Shown here piece after piece: positions 43,212 through 55,408 of a DNA stretch of 64,000 nt; position 1 is the stretch's first letter, and each line of letters starts with the position of its first letter. Source of the stretch: Prasinococcaceae sp. CCMP 1430 (Eukaryota > Plantae > Prasinodermophyta); contig RQSC01000019.1 in the NCBI GenBank assembly GCA_013416795.1, forward strand, positions 211,736 to 275,735, read 5' to 3'. The notes below the pieces were generated by a model. That model did not search any database, was not told the DNA's origin, and saw only the letters and a program-made list of their open reading frames with translations. The translations under genes were made by a program, and so were the position numbers.

Positions 43212-43239
43212 AAACCCTATTCTGAATGTAAAACCCTAA
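43212..43239 (+). promoter_or_regulatory. Two telo-box motifs (AAACCCTA) in the DUF1330/LST8 divergent promoter
   Basis: aaacccta at 43212-43219 and aaaccctaa at 43231-43239, ~280 bp upstream of the LST8 ATG. Confidence 0.55.
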
Positions 43240-43515
43240 CATGCTCTCCCTCGCCCGGCCTCTGGCAGCGAGGCGGGCTCCACTGCGCGCGCGCGCGGCG
43301 CCCTTCTCTCCCCCACCGCCCGCACACCCACACACACGGCCCCTCGACCTGCGCCTGCCTGAGCCGCGGCGGCGGGGCCCGCCGCCGCCGCCGCCTCGCC
43401 CGTCGAACGTACCCACCCACCCCCCTCCTGTCCTTCGCCCACACGCTTGGGCCGGAATCCGTACGTCCGCGCGCCCGCGCGAACGTACGCGCGCGCGCCC
43501 GTTGCTCGCCCAGCG

Positions 43516-44916
43516 ATGGATGAGCAGCCGGGCGCCGGCGGGGGCGGAGGGGGCGCGCAGGCGCAGGCGCCGCCGCCAGCCGCCGCGGGACAAAACGGCT
43601 ACGCGCCGCACGCGCACGCGCACGCGCAGGAGCAGCACCAGGCGCAGGCGCAGGTGCAGCAGCAGCAGCAGATTCCGCCACCGCAGGTCCAGGCCGCGCA
43701 AGGCGCGCCGCCGCCCGCGCAGCCGCCGCCCACGGTGGTGCTCGCGACCGCCGGGTACGACCACACCATAAAGTTCTGGGAGGCAACAACCGGCGTGTGT
43801 TACCGGACAGTGCAGTATCCAGACTCGCAGGTGAACAAGCTCGCGATCACGCCCGACAAGACGCTGCTCGCCGCGGCGGGCAACCCACACGTGCGGCTCT
43901 TCGACGTGCTCTCGAGCGCGCCGCAGCCCGTGCGCGTGCTCGAGGGCCACACGGGCAACGTGACCAGCGTGGGCTTCGAGGCTGACGCCAGATGGATGTA
44001 CACGGGCTCTGAGGACGGCACCGTGCGCTTGTGGGACCTCCGTGCGCCTGGCTGCCAGCGCGAGTTCGTCTGCCGCGCGGCCGTCAACACCGTCGAGCTC
44101 CACCCGAGCCAGGGTGAGCTCATCTCGGGCGATGGCGCGGGCAACATCCGCGTGTGGGACCTCGCTCAGAACGCGTGTAGCTGCGAGCTCGTGCCCGAAG
44201 TTGATGTGCCCGTCTCGAGCGTCAGCGTCGCCTCGGACGGCTCGCTGGTCGTCGCGGCAAACCACAAGGGCACGTGCTACGTGTGGCAGCTCTCCAAGGG
44301 CACGGGCGCGGCGGACAACGGTCCGGGCTCGACCGCGGCATTCGACCCCCTGCACAAGCTACAGGCGCACGGGCCGGGCTCGGCAGGGTCGCCTGCCGAC
44401 GCTCCACCTGCGTACGTGCTCAAGTGCCTGCTCTCCCCTGACGTGCGCCTCCTGGCCACGGCCTCGAGCGACAAGACCGTCAAACTGTGGTCGCTGGACG
44501 GCTACTCCTTCGAGCTCGAGCGCACGCTGACGGGTCACACACGTTGGGTGTGGGACTGCGCGTTCTCGGTGGATGCATGCTACCTCGTCACGGCGAGGTG
44601 CGGGCTGCGCGAGCGCGCGCGCGCGCGCGCGAGCGCCCTCCTGCATACCCCGGGCGTGCTCGCTCGCGCGTGCTCGCGTTTGACCCAAAGAGGGGCCATG
44701 CGCCGCGCAACCGCGGTGCGATGCTCCCGAGCACGAAGGGCTCTCCTCTGACACCCTCCACCGCTCCTGCCTGCCACCCTCGCGCGCGCGCGGCCGTGCA
44801 GCTCGGACACGAGCGCGCGGCTGTGGGACCTCAGCGGCGACCCGCGCGAGGCAATCAAAGTGTACAGCGGCCACCACAAGGCCGTCACGTGCTGTGCGCT
44901 CAACGACAGCAGCTGA
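43516..44916 (+). CDS. LST8: TOR complex subunit LST8 (WD40); exons 43516-44597 and 44802-44916
   Basis: [60 protein letters not shown]|SDTSARLW...[13 protein letters not shown]. Confidence 0.95.
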
Positions 44917-45109
44917 GCGCGCAAGCGTGCGCCGCCGCAGCCATGTAAGTCCCATGTATACTCCGCCCGCCTGCCTGCGCATGCGCGCAGGGAACGTGCA
45001 GTCCGGCGCGCCCATCCCGCCCAGATGCGCACTTGCAGACGCATGTGTGCGCGCATACGTGTGTTCGTGCCACACAGCGCGCGCGGCGCAGGGCGAGCGG
45101 CGTGCCGCC

Positions 45110-46541
45110 ATGTCTACCGCATTGGCCAGAGTCGGCCTCGCACGGACTCGTGCGGCGCGTGTGCGTGCGCCCTCGCGGGCGCGCCCCCGCGCAGCCGCCA
45201 CGAGCGACGGTGTGGCCGGCGCTGCGGATGCAGACGCGGGCGCGGGCGCGGGCGCGGGCGGCGGCACCCCACCACCGCCGCTGCTCGAGCGCAGCCCCGA
45301 GGAAATTGGCGCGACGATGCTGCGCGCAGCGCTGGGAGTGACGGCTGTCGCGCGCGACGCCGTCGAGCGCCCCGCCGAACTCGAGGCGCGCGTCACTGAG
45401 GCCGCGGACAGCCTTGCCGAGGCGCTGCAGCGGCCAGGCGACCCAGCGGAACGCGCGGTCGCGGCGCTTGGTGTGGCGGCTGCGCAGGTCGACGCGCTGG
45501 CCGCGCGCGCGGATGAGGCGGAGGGTGGGTTGGCGGAGCTCGCCGCGGGTCTTCCTGGCCTGTCGGAGCTCGAAGGACTGGGGGGTGCGGTGGAGGCCGC
45601 GTTTGAGCAAGGTACGCGCACCGGCGCAAGCATGCGTGTTTTCGGCCGCCCTGGGCGAGGCGCTGTGCAGCTAGTCGGCCCTGGCTGCGTGCGAGCGCGC
45701 GCGCGCGCGCGCGCGGGCGCGCGGGCGCGCGTTGTGCAATGCAGTGCTGTCGTTGACCCCGCGTAGCCGGCGTGCCTGTGCCGCCCTCGCCCCCGTTTCC
45801 CTTCCCATCGTCACCCGGCGGGACGTCGGCGAGCACCGCCGCGGGCGGAGCCGCGGACGCAACGGCACGCGGAAATCCCAAGGCGTCGCTGACGGAGGAA
45901 GAGACGCTCGCGGCGCGACAGGCTGCGGCCGGCATCACCGCCACGCGCGAAGCCGTGGGAGCTGCGCGCAAAGCGGCCGACAACGCGGCCGGAAAGAGCG
46001 CGCCCATGCAGCGCATTGCCGTGTCGGATGCGTCGAAGCGCCTGCGCTCGAGGCTGGCTGAGCTCGGTGCGTCGCTGCCCGCGCGCGCCTGATACTGTCG
46101 TCGCTGTGCCCAGCCGCGTACCCTCCCGCGTGAGCTCGCAATTTTGGCGCGCCGCCGTGTGCAAGCGCAGGCGGTGGCAGGGCCTCGATGCATGCGTTCC
46201 TGGAGGGCGCGCGAACACCGCTGACGCCCGCGCGCGAGGGCACGCACTCCGTGGCTCTCGCACATGCACCCACACACATGCTCGCACACCTGACCACACA
46301 TGCACTTATGTGCTCGCTCCCACTCCCGCCCCGCGCGCGCGCGTTTGCACGCTCGCTTGCTCGCGTGCTCGGTCGCTCATTCGATCCCTCATTCGCAGAG
46401 GCCACAAACGTGGAGCGGGCAGGCGCGGCTGAGCTCGCGCCGGCGGTGTCTGCTGCAGTTGACGCCGGCCGCGAGCTGCTGCGCGAGCTCGAGGAGCTGC
46501 AGGACGCCCTCACGGACGCCGCGCGCCGCTCGGCTCCTTAG
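45110..46541 (+). CDS. Hypothetical alanine-rich helical protein with transit-peptide-like N-terminus; about three exons
   Basis: MSTALARVGLARTRAARVRAP... Three coding-like blocks (ORFs 44894..45766, 45772..46092, 46188..46541) are separated by GT...AG introns. Confidence 0.45.
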
Positions 46542-47151
46542 CCATTGAGCCCCGAGCAGGCGACGCAATGGCCGCGCGAGCTTTGCGTATGTAAGCACCG
46601 TGGCAACACACTCGCGTGGCCGTGCTCGCGCTCGCCCCGCGCGCTGCAGGAGAGCTCGCGGGCATGCACACGCAGCATCTGTCTGTGCCATCGCATGTTC
46701 AAAAATGTGTCAAAAATTATCGTCGAAGGCAGGCGCTTTGCGAGGCGGCCCCGCGGGGGACCCAGGGCATAAGGGCGCAGTGCCATTCCCCCCCACACCC
46801 GCCTACCCACCCACTTCCTTCGCGCGCGTCCCGAGGGGTCAGCGGCACGCGCGCTTGCGCCAGCCCGTGGCCGCGCCAAGCGCGAGCGCGCGCTCCGAGT
46901 TGCGTTTAGGGTTGGCAGCATCAAGGCGGCCTGCGAGGCAGGCACACCGTTGTCCCCCGCCCGCGACGCGCGCTGCACACGTGCGTCATCAGGTGGGTGG
47001 TGACGCCGCCTTCCATTGTAGCCTTTTCCTCCACCACGCGCCGGCACGCCGCCCTCAACCTGCCCTTCCGCGACGCTCTGCTCTGCTCGCCTTCATCGCT
47101 GCGCGCCCGCGCCCGGTCCGCCGGCTGCTGCATGGCGACTGCACGGCATGC

Positions 47152-47430
47152 CTACTTCTCGAGCGGGGCGCGCGTGCCGTGCAGTCGCTTCGCGGCGTGA
47201 TCCACGGACATGAATATCCCCGCGGTGGCCGCGAGCACCATGGCCATGTTGACGCACGGCACGCGGATGGCCTTGTTGCGGCCGCTCGCGAGCCAGCCCG
47301 CGGGCACGCCGAGGCCAAGCGCGAAGACCGCAGGGCGCGCGAGCTCGTACGCGGTCATCTCGCGCGGCACGTCGGCGATGGAGAAGTCCTCCGACCCCGC
47401 GTAGGGCTTGACGCTGCGCAGGAACACCAT
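47152..47430 (-). CDS. Small two-TM protein, divergent complex I NUXM (21-kDa subunit N-terminal) family-like
   Basis: VPREMTAYELARPAVFALGLGVPAGW...IRVPCVNMAMVLAATAGIFMSVDHAAKRLHG parallels the plant NUXM pattern ending ...GFMYAYQNSAGRLMG. Confidence 0.5.
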   Translation of the reverse strand: MVFLRSVKPYAGSEDFSIADVPREMTAYELARPAVFALGLGVPAGWLASGRNKAIRVPCVNMAMVLAATAGIFMSVDHAAKRLHGTRAPLEK

Positions 47431-48430
47431 CGCGCCGCGCGCGCGTGCGCGCGCGCCTGGGTCGTGGGAGCACGCGGGCGCCCCGCGGGCGCGCGCGCGA
47501 CACGCCCCGCGAGGCCAGGCCGCGCGACGCCCGCCCGCACGAGCGCCAAAAAAAAAACACCAAAAACAGGCGCGAATAAAAAATGAGGCGGAGGCCAGAA
47601 CGCATGCGATCGGCGCGTGCCCATATCAGAACGGCTGCGGAGGCGCGCCGCGCGCGCGCGCTGCCGGGCCGCGCGCCGTCGGCATCCGGGACGGATTTGT
47701 GCGGTAGACGTCCCCGAAATAACTCCAATTCCGTAATATGTTTTACAGTATACACTCTTTCAAAAGTTCATCCGTAATCTAACACTCAAGATATATTTAC
47801 TTTATATCATCACGTTGGGATGCATAAATTCATCGCGGTTTGTGTGGGGTCAGGCGGTCGCAGATCCGACGCGAAGCGGAGTATTTTCGCGAGCCTTGCT
47901 GTCGGCGCCACGTGCGCGCGCGTGCCGCGCGCGCCACAGCGCGCGCCTGCCCCACGCGGGCGCGGCGCGCCCTCCTCGCTCGCTCCCGCGGGAGGTTATT
48001 GGCTGAGGTGCGTGGCGGCGCGGAGGGCGTTCGGGGCTTGGTTTGAGGGGGGCGCGTCGCGTTCCGCCTCCCCCACCCACCCCCACCCCCGCGCACACAC
48101 CTGTACACGCACCACACGCAGACGGCCCCATCCCTCCCCGCGTTGTGCGTAGGCCCGCGGCGTGCGCGTGTGCCTCGTGCGGCGGACGCTCTTTGCGCGC
48201 CGTGCCGCTCCAGCGCTACGCGGTGCGGTCGAGGACGAGGGTGGGTGGCGGGAAGGGCGGAGGGAGCGGGCGCGAGCATGGTCGGCGGCGGGTGGCGCGC
48301 CTGACTCCGCCGAGGCTGACCCGAGAGCGCGTGCCGCGGCCTCGCCTGCGCCGTGCGCCCAATCATCCGCCCGTTTGCGTGCCCGCCGTGGCGCAGGCAG
48401 ACCCACGCACACGCGTGTGCTGCGGCGACA

Positions 48431-50605
48431 ATGCTGCGCCGACGCGGCGCGGCGGTCGCAGCGGCGCTCGCGAGCACGACCGTCGGGCGCCGCGCGGCGA
48501 GCGGCGTGGGAGCTGGCACTGTGGAAAGCCAATGGCAGCAATGGGGCAGGCTCCGGAGGAGAGTTGCGCAGCGACAGCTGCAGCAGCAGCAGCAGCACCA
48601 GCACCAGCAGGCGCGCCGGTCCTTCTTTCGGAGCAGCGAGGGCAGCGCTGGCGGCGGCGGCGGCGGTGGCGCGTCCGCGTCTGAGTTGCAGTGGCGCGCG
48701 TCGCGACTGGGCACCAACCCGGAGGCGCACAACGGTTTCATGAAGGAGCTCCTGCGCAGCGACGTGGCCGGTGCGATCACCGCCTACGAGAAGGGCCTCG
48801 TGCAGCAGACGCCCGAGACGCTCGCGGCGTACCTGCAGGCACTCGTTGCCGAGGGACGCCTGAATGGCAGCCGACTCGCCGAGGTGTTGCATAAGGGACA
48901 GATGGTGGAGGAGGTTGCGCGGCGGAACGCGAGCGGCGCGGCGGGCGTCGCCGGAGGGAGCGAGCTGGGCAACATCCTCGGGGGCTTCGCCGCGAGCGGC
49001 GCGCGCGGGGCGGCCGGCAGCGCGAGCCAGGCGAAGGGCGCAGCAGGGGGGCTCTTCGGTGGCGGCGCGATGGGCGCCGCGGCGGGACAGCTCGGGTCTG
49101 CGGAGGCGCCCCTGTACTTCACGCAGGCGGAGCCCTCGCTCAGGTCGTACGTCTTCCGGACGATGCGATTTGTGCTGGGCGGCTTTCTGCTGTACTCAGC
49201 GCTCGGCGCTTTCGTCGGGCTCGACGAGAAGGGCGGCGCCGGCGGCATCGCGACACGCCTTGCCGGCGGCAAGAGCGATGCGGTGACGCCTGTCACTGAC
49301 ATCAACACTCGCTTTAAGGACTGCATGGGCGTCGAGGAGGCCAAGGGCGAGCTTGAGGAGGTGGTGCACTACCTGAAGGACCCGGAGCATTTCACCAAGC
49401 TTGGCGGCAAGCTCCCCAAGGGCATCCTGCTCGTTGGCCCGCCGGGCACCGGCAAGACGCTGCTCGCGCGCGCGGTGGCTGGCGAGGCCGGAGTGCCGTT
49501 CTTCTACACGAGTGGCTCCGAATTCGAGGAAATGTTTGTGGGCGTGGGCGCGCGCCGCGTGCGCGAGCTCTTCACGGCCGCCAAGAAGAACTCGCCTTGC
49601 ATCGTCTTCATCGACGAGATCGACGCGATCGGTTCGAGCCGCAATCCAAAGGACCAGCAGTACATGCGAATGACGCTCAACCAGATGCTGGTCGAGCTCG
49701 ACGGCTTCAAGAAGAACGAGGGGATCATCGTGCTAGCCGCCACGAACGTGCCCGAGGCGCTCGACAAGGCGCTGGTGCGCCCGGGGCGCTTCGACACGCA
49801 GGTGGTGGTGCCCAACCCCGACGTCGAGGGCCGCCGCAAGATTCTCGCCGTGCACGCGAAGAAGGTGATCATCGGCAAGAACGTCGACATGCAGATCATC
49901 GCGCGCGGCACGCCGGGTTTCTCGGGCGCTGAGCTGGCCAACCTCATCAACGTTGCCGCGCTCAAGGCGGCAATGGATGGCGCAAAGGCGGTGTCCATGG
50001 CGCACCTCGAATACGCCAAGGACAAGATCCTCATGGGCGCCGAGCGCAAGAGCGCGGTGATCTCGGAGGAGAACCGCCGTCTGACTGCGTACCACGAGGG
50101 TGGCCACGCGCTGGTGGCACTCAACACCGACGGTGCGATGCCCGTGCACAAGGCGACCATTGTTCCGCGCGGTCAGGCGCTGGGTATGGTCACGCAGCTC
50201 CCCGACAAGGACCAGACCTCTGTGTCGCGGCGGCAGATGCTCGCGCGCCTTGACGTGTGCATGGGCGGGCGCGTCGCCGAGGAGATCATTTTCGGCGAGA
50301 AGGACGTCACCAGCGGCGCATCGTCGGACCTCAAGCAGGCCACCGACCTCGCGACGGCTATGGTCACGCGCTACGGCTTCTCGGACAAGGTCGGGCTTGC
50401 ATCCGCCGACCGGTCGTCGCTCTCAGGGGAGATGCGCAAGCTCGTGGATGAGGAGGTCAAGCGCATGCTCAACGAGGCCTATGAGCGCGCGCGTGGCGTG
50501 CTCATGAAGCACGAGAAGGAGCTGCATAAGCTGGCGAACGAGCTGCTTGAGAAGGAGACGCTGGACGCGAAGCAGCTCAAGGAGCTCGTCGGCTCCAAGG
50601 CGTAG
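48431..50605 (+). CDS. FTSH4: Mitochondrial i-AAA metalloprotease FtsH4/YME1
   Basis: [46 protein letters not shown], with a mitochondrial-type presequence. Confidence 0.95.
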   Translation: MLRRRGAAVAAALASTTVGRRAASGVGAGTVESQWQQWGRLRRRVAQRQLQQQQQHQHQQARRSFFRSSEGSAGGGGGGGASASELQWRASRLGTNPEAHNGFMKELLRSDVAGAITAYEKGLVQQTPETLAAYLQALVAEGRLNGSRLAEVLHKGQMVEEVARRNASGAAGVAGGSELGNILGGFAASGARGAAGSASQAKGAAGGLFGGGAMGAAAGQLGSAEAPLYFTQAEPSLRSYVFRTMRFVLGGFLLYSALGAFVGLDEKGGAGGIATRLAGGKSDAVTPVTDINTRFKDCMGVEEAKGELEEVVHYLKDPEHFTKLGGKLPKGILLVGPPGTGKTLLARAVAGEAGVPFFYTSGSEFEEMFVGVGARRVRELFTAAKKNSPCIVFIDEIDAIGSSRNPKDQQYMRMTLNQMLVELDGFKKNEGIIVLAATNVPEALDKALVRPGRFDTQVVVPNPDVEGRRKILAVHAKKVIIGKNVDMQIIARGTPGFSGAELANLINVAALKAAMDGAKAVSMAHLEYAKDKILMGAERKSAVISEENRRLTAYHEGGHALVALNTDGAMPVHKATIVPRGQALGMVTQLPDKDQTSVSRRQMLARLDVCMGGRVAEEIIFGEKDVTSGASSDLKQATDLATAMVTRYGFSDKVGLASADRSSLSGEMRKLVDEEVKRMLNEAYERARGVLMKHEKELHKLANELLEKETLDAKQLKELVGSKA

Positions 50606-50790
50606 TCGAGAGCGCAGCCGGCGGGATAACGAGAGGCGGCGGCTCGCACTCTTTACTCACTGCGACACGACCCGAGAGATCTTTCGTCCCGTAACGTACA
50701 ATACACTCATTTCATCAAGGGCGACCGCACTCACGCTCGCGCGCAAGTTTGCGCATGTGCACGCGCGTGTACACTCAATAGAGAAACAAG

Positions 50791-52914
50791 TTACACGACC
50801 CGCAGCTGCGGCCCGTCGTCGGCGTCGACGCCCTCCTTGCCTACGACGCACACCACCTGTTTCCCGCAGTCGCCCTCCTGGACGACCCCCGCCGCCTTCG
50901 CGAACGCAACCGCGCGCTCCACTAGCGCCTTGGTGACAAGGTCGTGCCTTCCGCCCGCCTGGCACACGAAGTCCGCCTCGTCAACTAGCAGCGGTACCTG
51001 GCCAAAGCTGCCCATAGTGGCCGCCACAGTGCGTTTGGAGGGCGTGACGACCACCTGCGGTGCGCTGGGGCGATACTTGGACACCAGCGCCGACATGTCG
51101 CCGCGCGCGGTGACTACCACTACGAGGCCCGCCTTGCCGTCGATGGCCGCCTTGGCGGCACTGCTTGCCACGCTTTCGGCCACGCTCAGCGGCTTGGGCG
51201 CTGTGAAGTCGCGCATGACGCTCATCTTGGTGTAGTAGTCGAGCGCAAGCTCCGCACTGGCGTTGATGCGCGCCATCGTGCGCACGGCGTCGGCGGGGAA
51301 GGCGCCGTTGGCCGTCTCGCCAGACAGCATGGTGGCGTCCGTGCCGTCGAACACCGCGTTCGCCACGTCGGTCATCTCCGCTCGCGTGGGCAGCGGGTTG
51401 GAGATCATGCTCTCCAGCATCTGCGTGGCCGTGATGACAAACTTCCCAGCAAGGTTGGCCTTTTGGATGAGCATCTTCTGTGCGAGCGGTACCTTCTCAG
51501 CAGGAATCTCCATTCCATCCAGCGGAGCGCGGTGGTAGTGCGGCAGGCAGAGGAGCTCCTAGAGCAGTTTCATCTGAAGCGCCTCCTCGTTCTCGATCTT
51601 GCTGATAATCTGGATGTCCGCGCCTCCGTTCTCGTCAAGCACCCTGCGAATGAAGCGCACGTCCTCGCCGCTCTGCACAAAGCTCGCCGCCACGAAGTCG
51701 ACGCGTACGAACGTCGGCTTCAACTGGTCCAGCAGCTACAGGAAGAGCCACTCGTGCCCAATGTCCACCTTGATGCCCGGCAGGTTGCAATTCTTGCGCT
51801 CGCCTAGCTTCTTGCTGACCAAGCACGTCGCGCGCAGCTCGCGATCGCTAAGAATTTCTTCCACCCGCAGGCTGATGGTGCCGTCGGCGATGAGGATGCG
51901 GTTGCCGGGTTTGACGCTCTGGCAGAGCTTGTCGTACGACAGGCCGATGCGCGTCTCCTCGTCCGTCTTGTAGCCCTCGAAGGTCGTATACGCCGCGCCC
52001 GCCGCCTCCACGATGACAGTCTCGCCCTTCTCGAGATCGATGCGCTTGTGGTCCCTGAGCATGGCCGTGCGAATCTCGGGGCCCTTGGTGTCGAGCAGCG
52101 CCGCCGCATACGGGTTCTTCGCAGCCGCAGCCTTGCGGAATCGCTGCAAGACCTCGAGGTGGCCCTCGTGCGAGCCGTGCGAGAAGTTCATGCGCGCGAC
52201 GTCCATGCCCGCATCCAGTAGCTGATGCATGGTCTCCTCGTCCCAGCACTTAGGCCCCATGGTGCATACGATCTTCGTCTTGCGCTCGGTGCGTATGTCC
52301 GACGAGAGCATCATCGGGCTCACTCGCACCAGGCCCTCGATGTTGATCGTGTCATCCTGCTGGGGCGGCACCACCGACTCTGGCGCGTATTCAGGTACCC
52401 ACCGCGTATTCTGTTTGTAATTTTCCTTGAGCTCATGCTTGGAAGACACGCGGCGCACCAGCGAGGGCCTCTCTTGGAGGTCGAGCAAGGCGCTGCTCTC
52501 GGCGCGCTGCACGGCGGCGGGAAAGGCAGGCCGCGGCGGCGAGCGGGTCGCGCATGGCGAAGCGCGCCGTCAGCCGTCGCTTCGCAGGGGCCAGGCTCGC
52601 GGCCTGCGCTTTCGCACAGGCGAGCGCCTGGGGCGCAGGCGCGGGGAAAGCGCGAGGGGCGCACGCGCAGGGCGTCGCAGCGCCATCGTGCACGGCGTGG
52701 GCAGTCGTGCGCGCGCGCGCCCACGACCACAGCGATGACGGACCTTCAGGCGACCCTTCGAGAACGTGACTTCGTTTTCAAGCAGCTCCTCGTCGAGGCC
52801 GCCGTTGAGGAACCCCATTGAGCCCACCTTCCTGATGCGCATCGAGCCCTCTGACTTGTCCACATCGGTGCTCGCGCCACTCGGAGCGCCCGCCTTCACC
52901 TGGGACGGCGCCAT
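50791..52914 (-). CDS. pyk: Pyruvate kinase; exons 52914-52744 and 52506-50791; two in-frame stops fall inside complemented patches
   Basis: TKIVCTMGP, ARMNFSHG, LLDTKGPEIRT, NCNLPG, SKIENEE, TATQMLESM, PTRAEMTDVANAVFDGTDATMLSGETA. ORFs 51736..52512 and 50791..51513 share one frame. Confidence 0.95.
51518..51572 (-). other. 55-nt complemented (not reversed) patch B in pyruvate kinase
   Basis: Reading the plus strand backwards, 51572 to 51518, gives ac ttt gac gag atc ctc gag gag acg gac ggc gtg atg gtg gcg cga ggc gac ct = (N)[17 protein letters not shown](L). Confidence 0.95.
51705..51759 (-). other. 55-nt complemented (not reversed) patch A in pyruvate kinase
   Basis: Reading the plus strand backwards, 51759 to 51705, gives ccc gtg ctc acc gag aag gac atc gac gac ctg gtc aac ttc ggc tgc aag cat g = [18 protein letters not shown](G). 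Confidence 0.95.
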
Positions 52915-53587
52915 TTTGTCGGACGCGCTCGCGCCCGCCTGCTTTGCGGCCTGGCGGGCGCCGCGCGCACAGGGTCAGCATGCGCCCTCCCTCCGGCCCA
53001 TTGCGTCTGCTGCCTCGGCATCGCCCCTTCTTCCATCTCCGCGGAGTTCCCGCGCACGCGATTGAGGGCGCGCGCGCTCGCCGGCCGGCTGTCGCTCGCG
53101 AAGCATCGCGGCCCATGCCTGCGCTCGCGGTGGCCGCCCGCGCTCGCAGCGCCGCTCCCCGCGCACCGGCCGCGCGCAACGCGCGCACCCGCGCCTAACG
53201 CGCGCACCCGCGCCCAGGCGCCGCGCCTTGCACTCACGCACACATCCACACGCGCACGCCACAGGCGATCGCGATCGCGATCGCGATCGCGCCAGGGGGG
53301 GGGGGGGAGGAGCGGGAAGCAGGCGGAAGGGGAGAAGAGAAGGCGCGCGCGCTGATGCCGCCGCCAGCCGCCGCTGCCGTGCAGGCCTGGAACGGCACGC
53401 ATTGCGCGGGGGAGGGGGGCGATCGGGGCCGGTCACGGGCGCTCACGCAGAGGAACCGGTGTCCACACCTCGCCATGAGCTCGCGCGCTGACACCCGTCG
53501 CGATTGCCTGCCACACGCGCACCACCCGCTGTGTCGTTGCCCCCCTGCTGCCCTGGCACTCCGGCGGCAACGCCTGCTGCTGAATAG

Positions 53588-53853
53588 GTCGTGTTCGGTG
53601 CGTTCGCGCGCGCGCACGAAGCGCCGCACGCGCGCCAGCTTTTCACACGCGTGGGCGCTCCCGCATGTCGACTGCCCTCCCCGGCCCTCTGCCCCGCCGC
53701 TTTCCTTCGCTCGTGATTGTGCTGACATACCTTCCCCATTTCGCCCGGCGGTACTTCTGTCGCTCTCCTTGCCACACAGGCTGCACCCTCATCGGTATCG
53801 TGCTGGGCTTCGTGCTGCTTCGCGTTGAGGCGGTTGTCGAGGGCGAGGAGTAA
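53588..53853 (+). CDS. PETM: Cytochrome b6f subunit PetM, 3' part: putative 10-nt exon 53588-53597 plus exon 53780-53853
   Basis: The spliced product VVFG|CTLIGIVLGFVLLRVEAVVEGEE* matches the PetM motif GFVLLR(V/I)E. The 53598-53779 intron has GTGCGT, ctgac and ACAG. 5' exons were not resolved. Confidence 0.72.
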
Positions 53854-54071
53854 GTGCCGTCCTCTTGTCCGCCCGTGCGTTAGGTGGCAATGGCTTTCCG
53901 TGAGTAACGCATCTAATTGAGAAGCCGAATGCTGCGGCCGGGCAGCCAAATCGTCGCTCCCTGCGTGGCGCGATTGCGGCGAGCGACGGATGCGATCTCC
54001 GCGCGCGCCTGCGCGCGACTGCCTGCGCTCCGGGACCGAGAGGACTTCTGAGCGTGTGCGTTTCGTTACAG

Positions 54072-55408
54072 TCACCGCGCCTCCCCCTCCTCAGGCGAGT
54101 CACGCCTCGGGGGGCCAGGCGGAGGGTTTTCCCTCCCATAGCCGCCGCCGCTGCCATACCTCGAGTCACGCTCGCGCTCGCGGCCGTATCCGCCGCCGCG
54201 ATCATGGCCGCCACGGGGGTCTGACCTGCCGCCGTCGTACCTGTCCTCGCGGTAACCGCGATCGCGGTCGCCTCCGCGGCCCCCGTATCTGTCATCGTAT
54301 CTGTCATCCCTCCTGTCGTACGACCGCGAGTCGTGGCGATGGTCATACCTGTCGTTGCCGCCATACCCGCTGTGTGACCTGCTGTAGCCCCCGTAGCGGT
54401 CGCGATCCCCGTAGCCCACACCGCCGCCGCCGCGCGACCCGTACCCTCCACCACCGTAGCCCCCGCTCGCTGCTTGCCTGCCCCTGTCCGCCATCGAGGA
54501 CGTATCCTTGTAGATGGTGGGACCCACGGGCTTGGTGCCCGGCGCGCGGTCCCTGCGTGTGTCTCCAAGACCGCCCCCCAGCCGGCGCGGCTTGAAGCCC
54601 TCGACGGTGCGCGCGCGTTCCACGTCCACGAGGATGCGTCGTCCCTCCATCTTCATGCCATCTGCCTCCTTGTACGCCGCCTTCATGTCGCCAGAGTGAA
54701 AGAACTCAACGAAGGCGTACCCGCGCGGCTGCTCCGTCTTGGGGTCCACGACGATGCGCACGCGCCGCACCGGGCCGAACGCCTCGAACTCGCGCCGCAG
54801 CTTGGACTCGGTGACCGTGTATGCCAGGCGAGCCACCAGCAGCGTCTTGAAGGGGTCGCCCTCGAGCTTCGGGTCGTTGGTGGGATCCCACGCCTTGCTG
54901 AGCTCCTTCAGCTCTGCCGCGTGCGCGAGGGCCTTCACGTCGCGCTGCTTCTGCTTGCGCGACGCCTTGGTCTCCAAGGGCTGCGCAGGGGGCCGGGCGG
55001 GGGCGGGCGTGGTCTCGAATTCCTTGGTGTACGCGGCGATGCCTACGGCGCGTGCGAGCGGGAGCGCGCGCGTCAGCGCTGCTGCCGGACGCGCCCGCGC
55101 TCGGCGCGGCGCCGCGCGGCGCAAAGCAGCGCCCTAAAATGCGCCGTCGGCGGGTGCACGGCGCGCGACGCACCTGTGTACGGCGGCAGCGGCCTCCCCT
55201 GCCTCTTCCTCGGCAGCGCCGCGTGCACCAGCGGCGGCGGCGGCTCAAACATCACGAGCAGGTCCGAGGAAAGCCCCGACGGGTGCGTGATCTTCTCGAC
55301 GTTCGTCAGCGGCCGCCCGCCGGGCCGCCCGCCGCCCTGCATCGCCGGCCCGCGGCCCATCTGGCCGCCGTACCCGCCGGGCGGCGGGCCGCCGTACGGC
55401 TGCGCCAT
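54072..55408 (-). CDS. SNRNP70: U1 snRNP 70K protein; exons 55408-55174 and 55042-54072
   Basis: LLVMFEPPPPL, WDPTNDPKLEGDPFKTLLVARL, RGYAFVEF, RRILVDVERARTVEGFKPRRLGGGLG, and an RD/RS-rich tail. Confidence 0.95.

Noticed and set aside
51518-51759. Pyruvate kinase as a pseudogene, with stop readthrough, or with two tiny introns
   Set aside because: The patches have no GT-AG ends, removing them would delete essential residues, and reverse-complementing them does not restore the protein. Only in-place complementation does.
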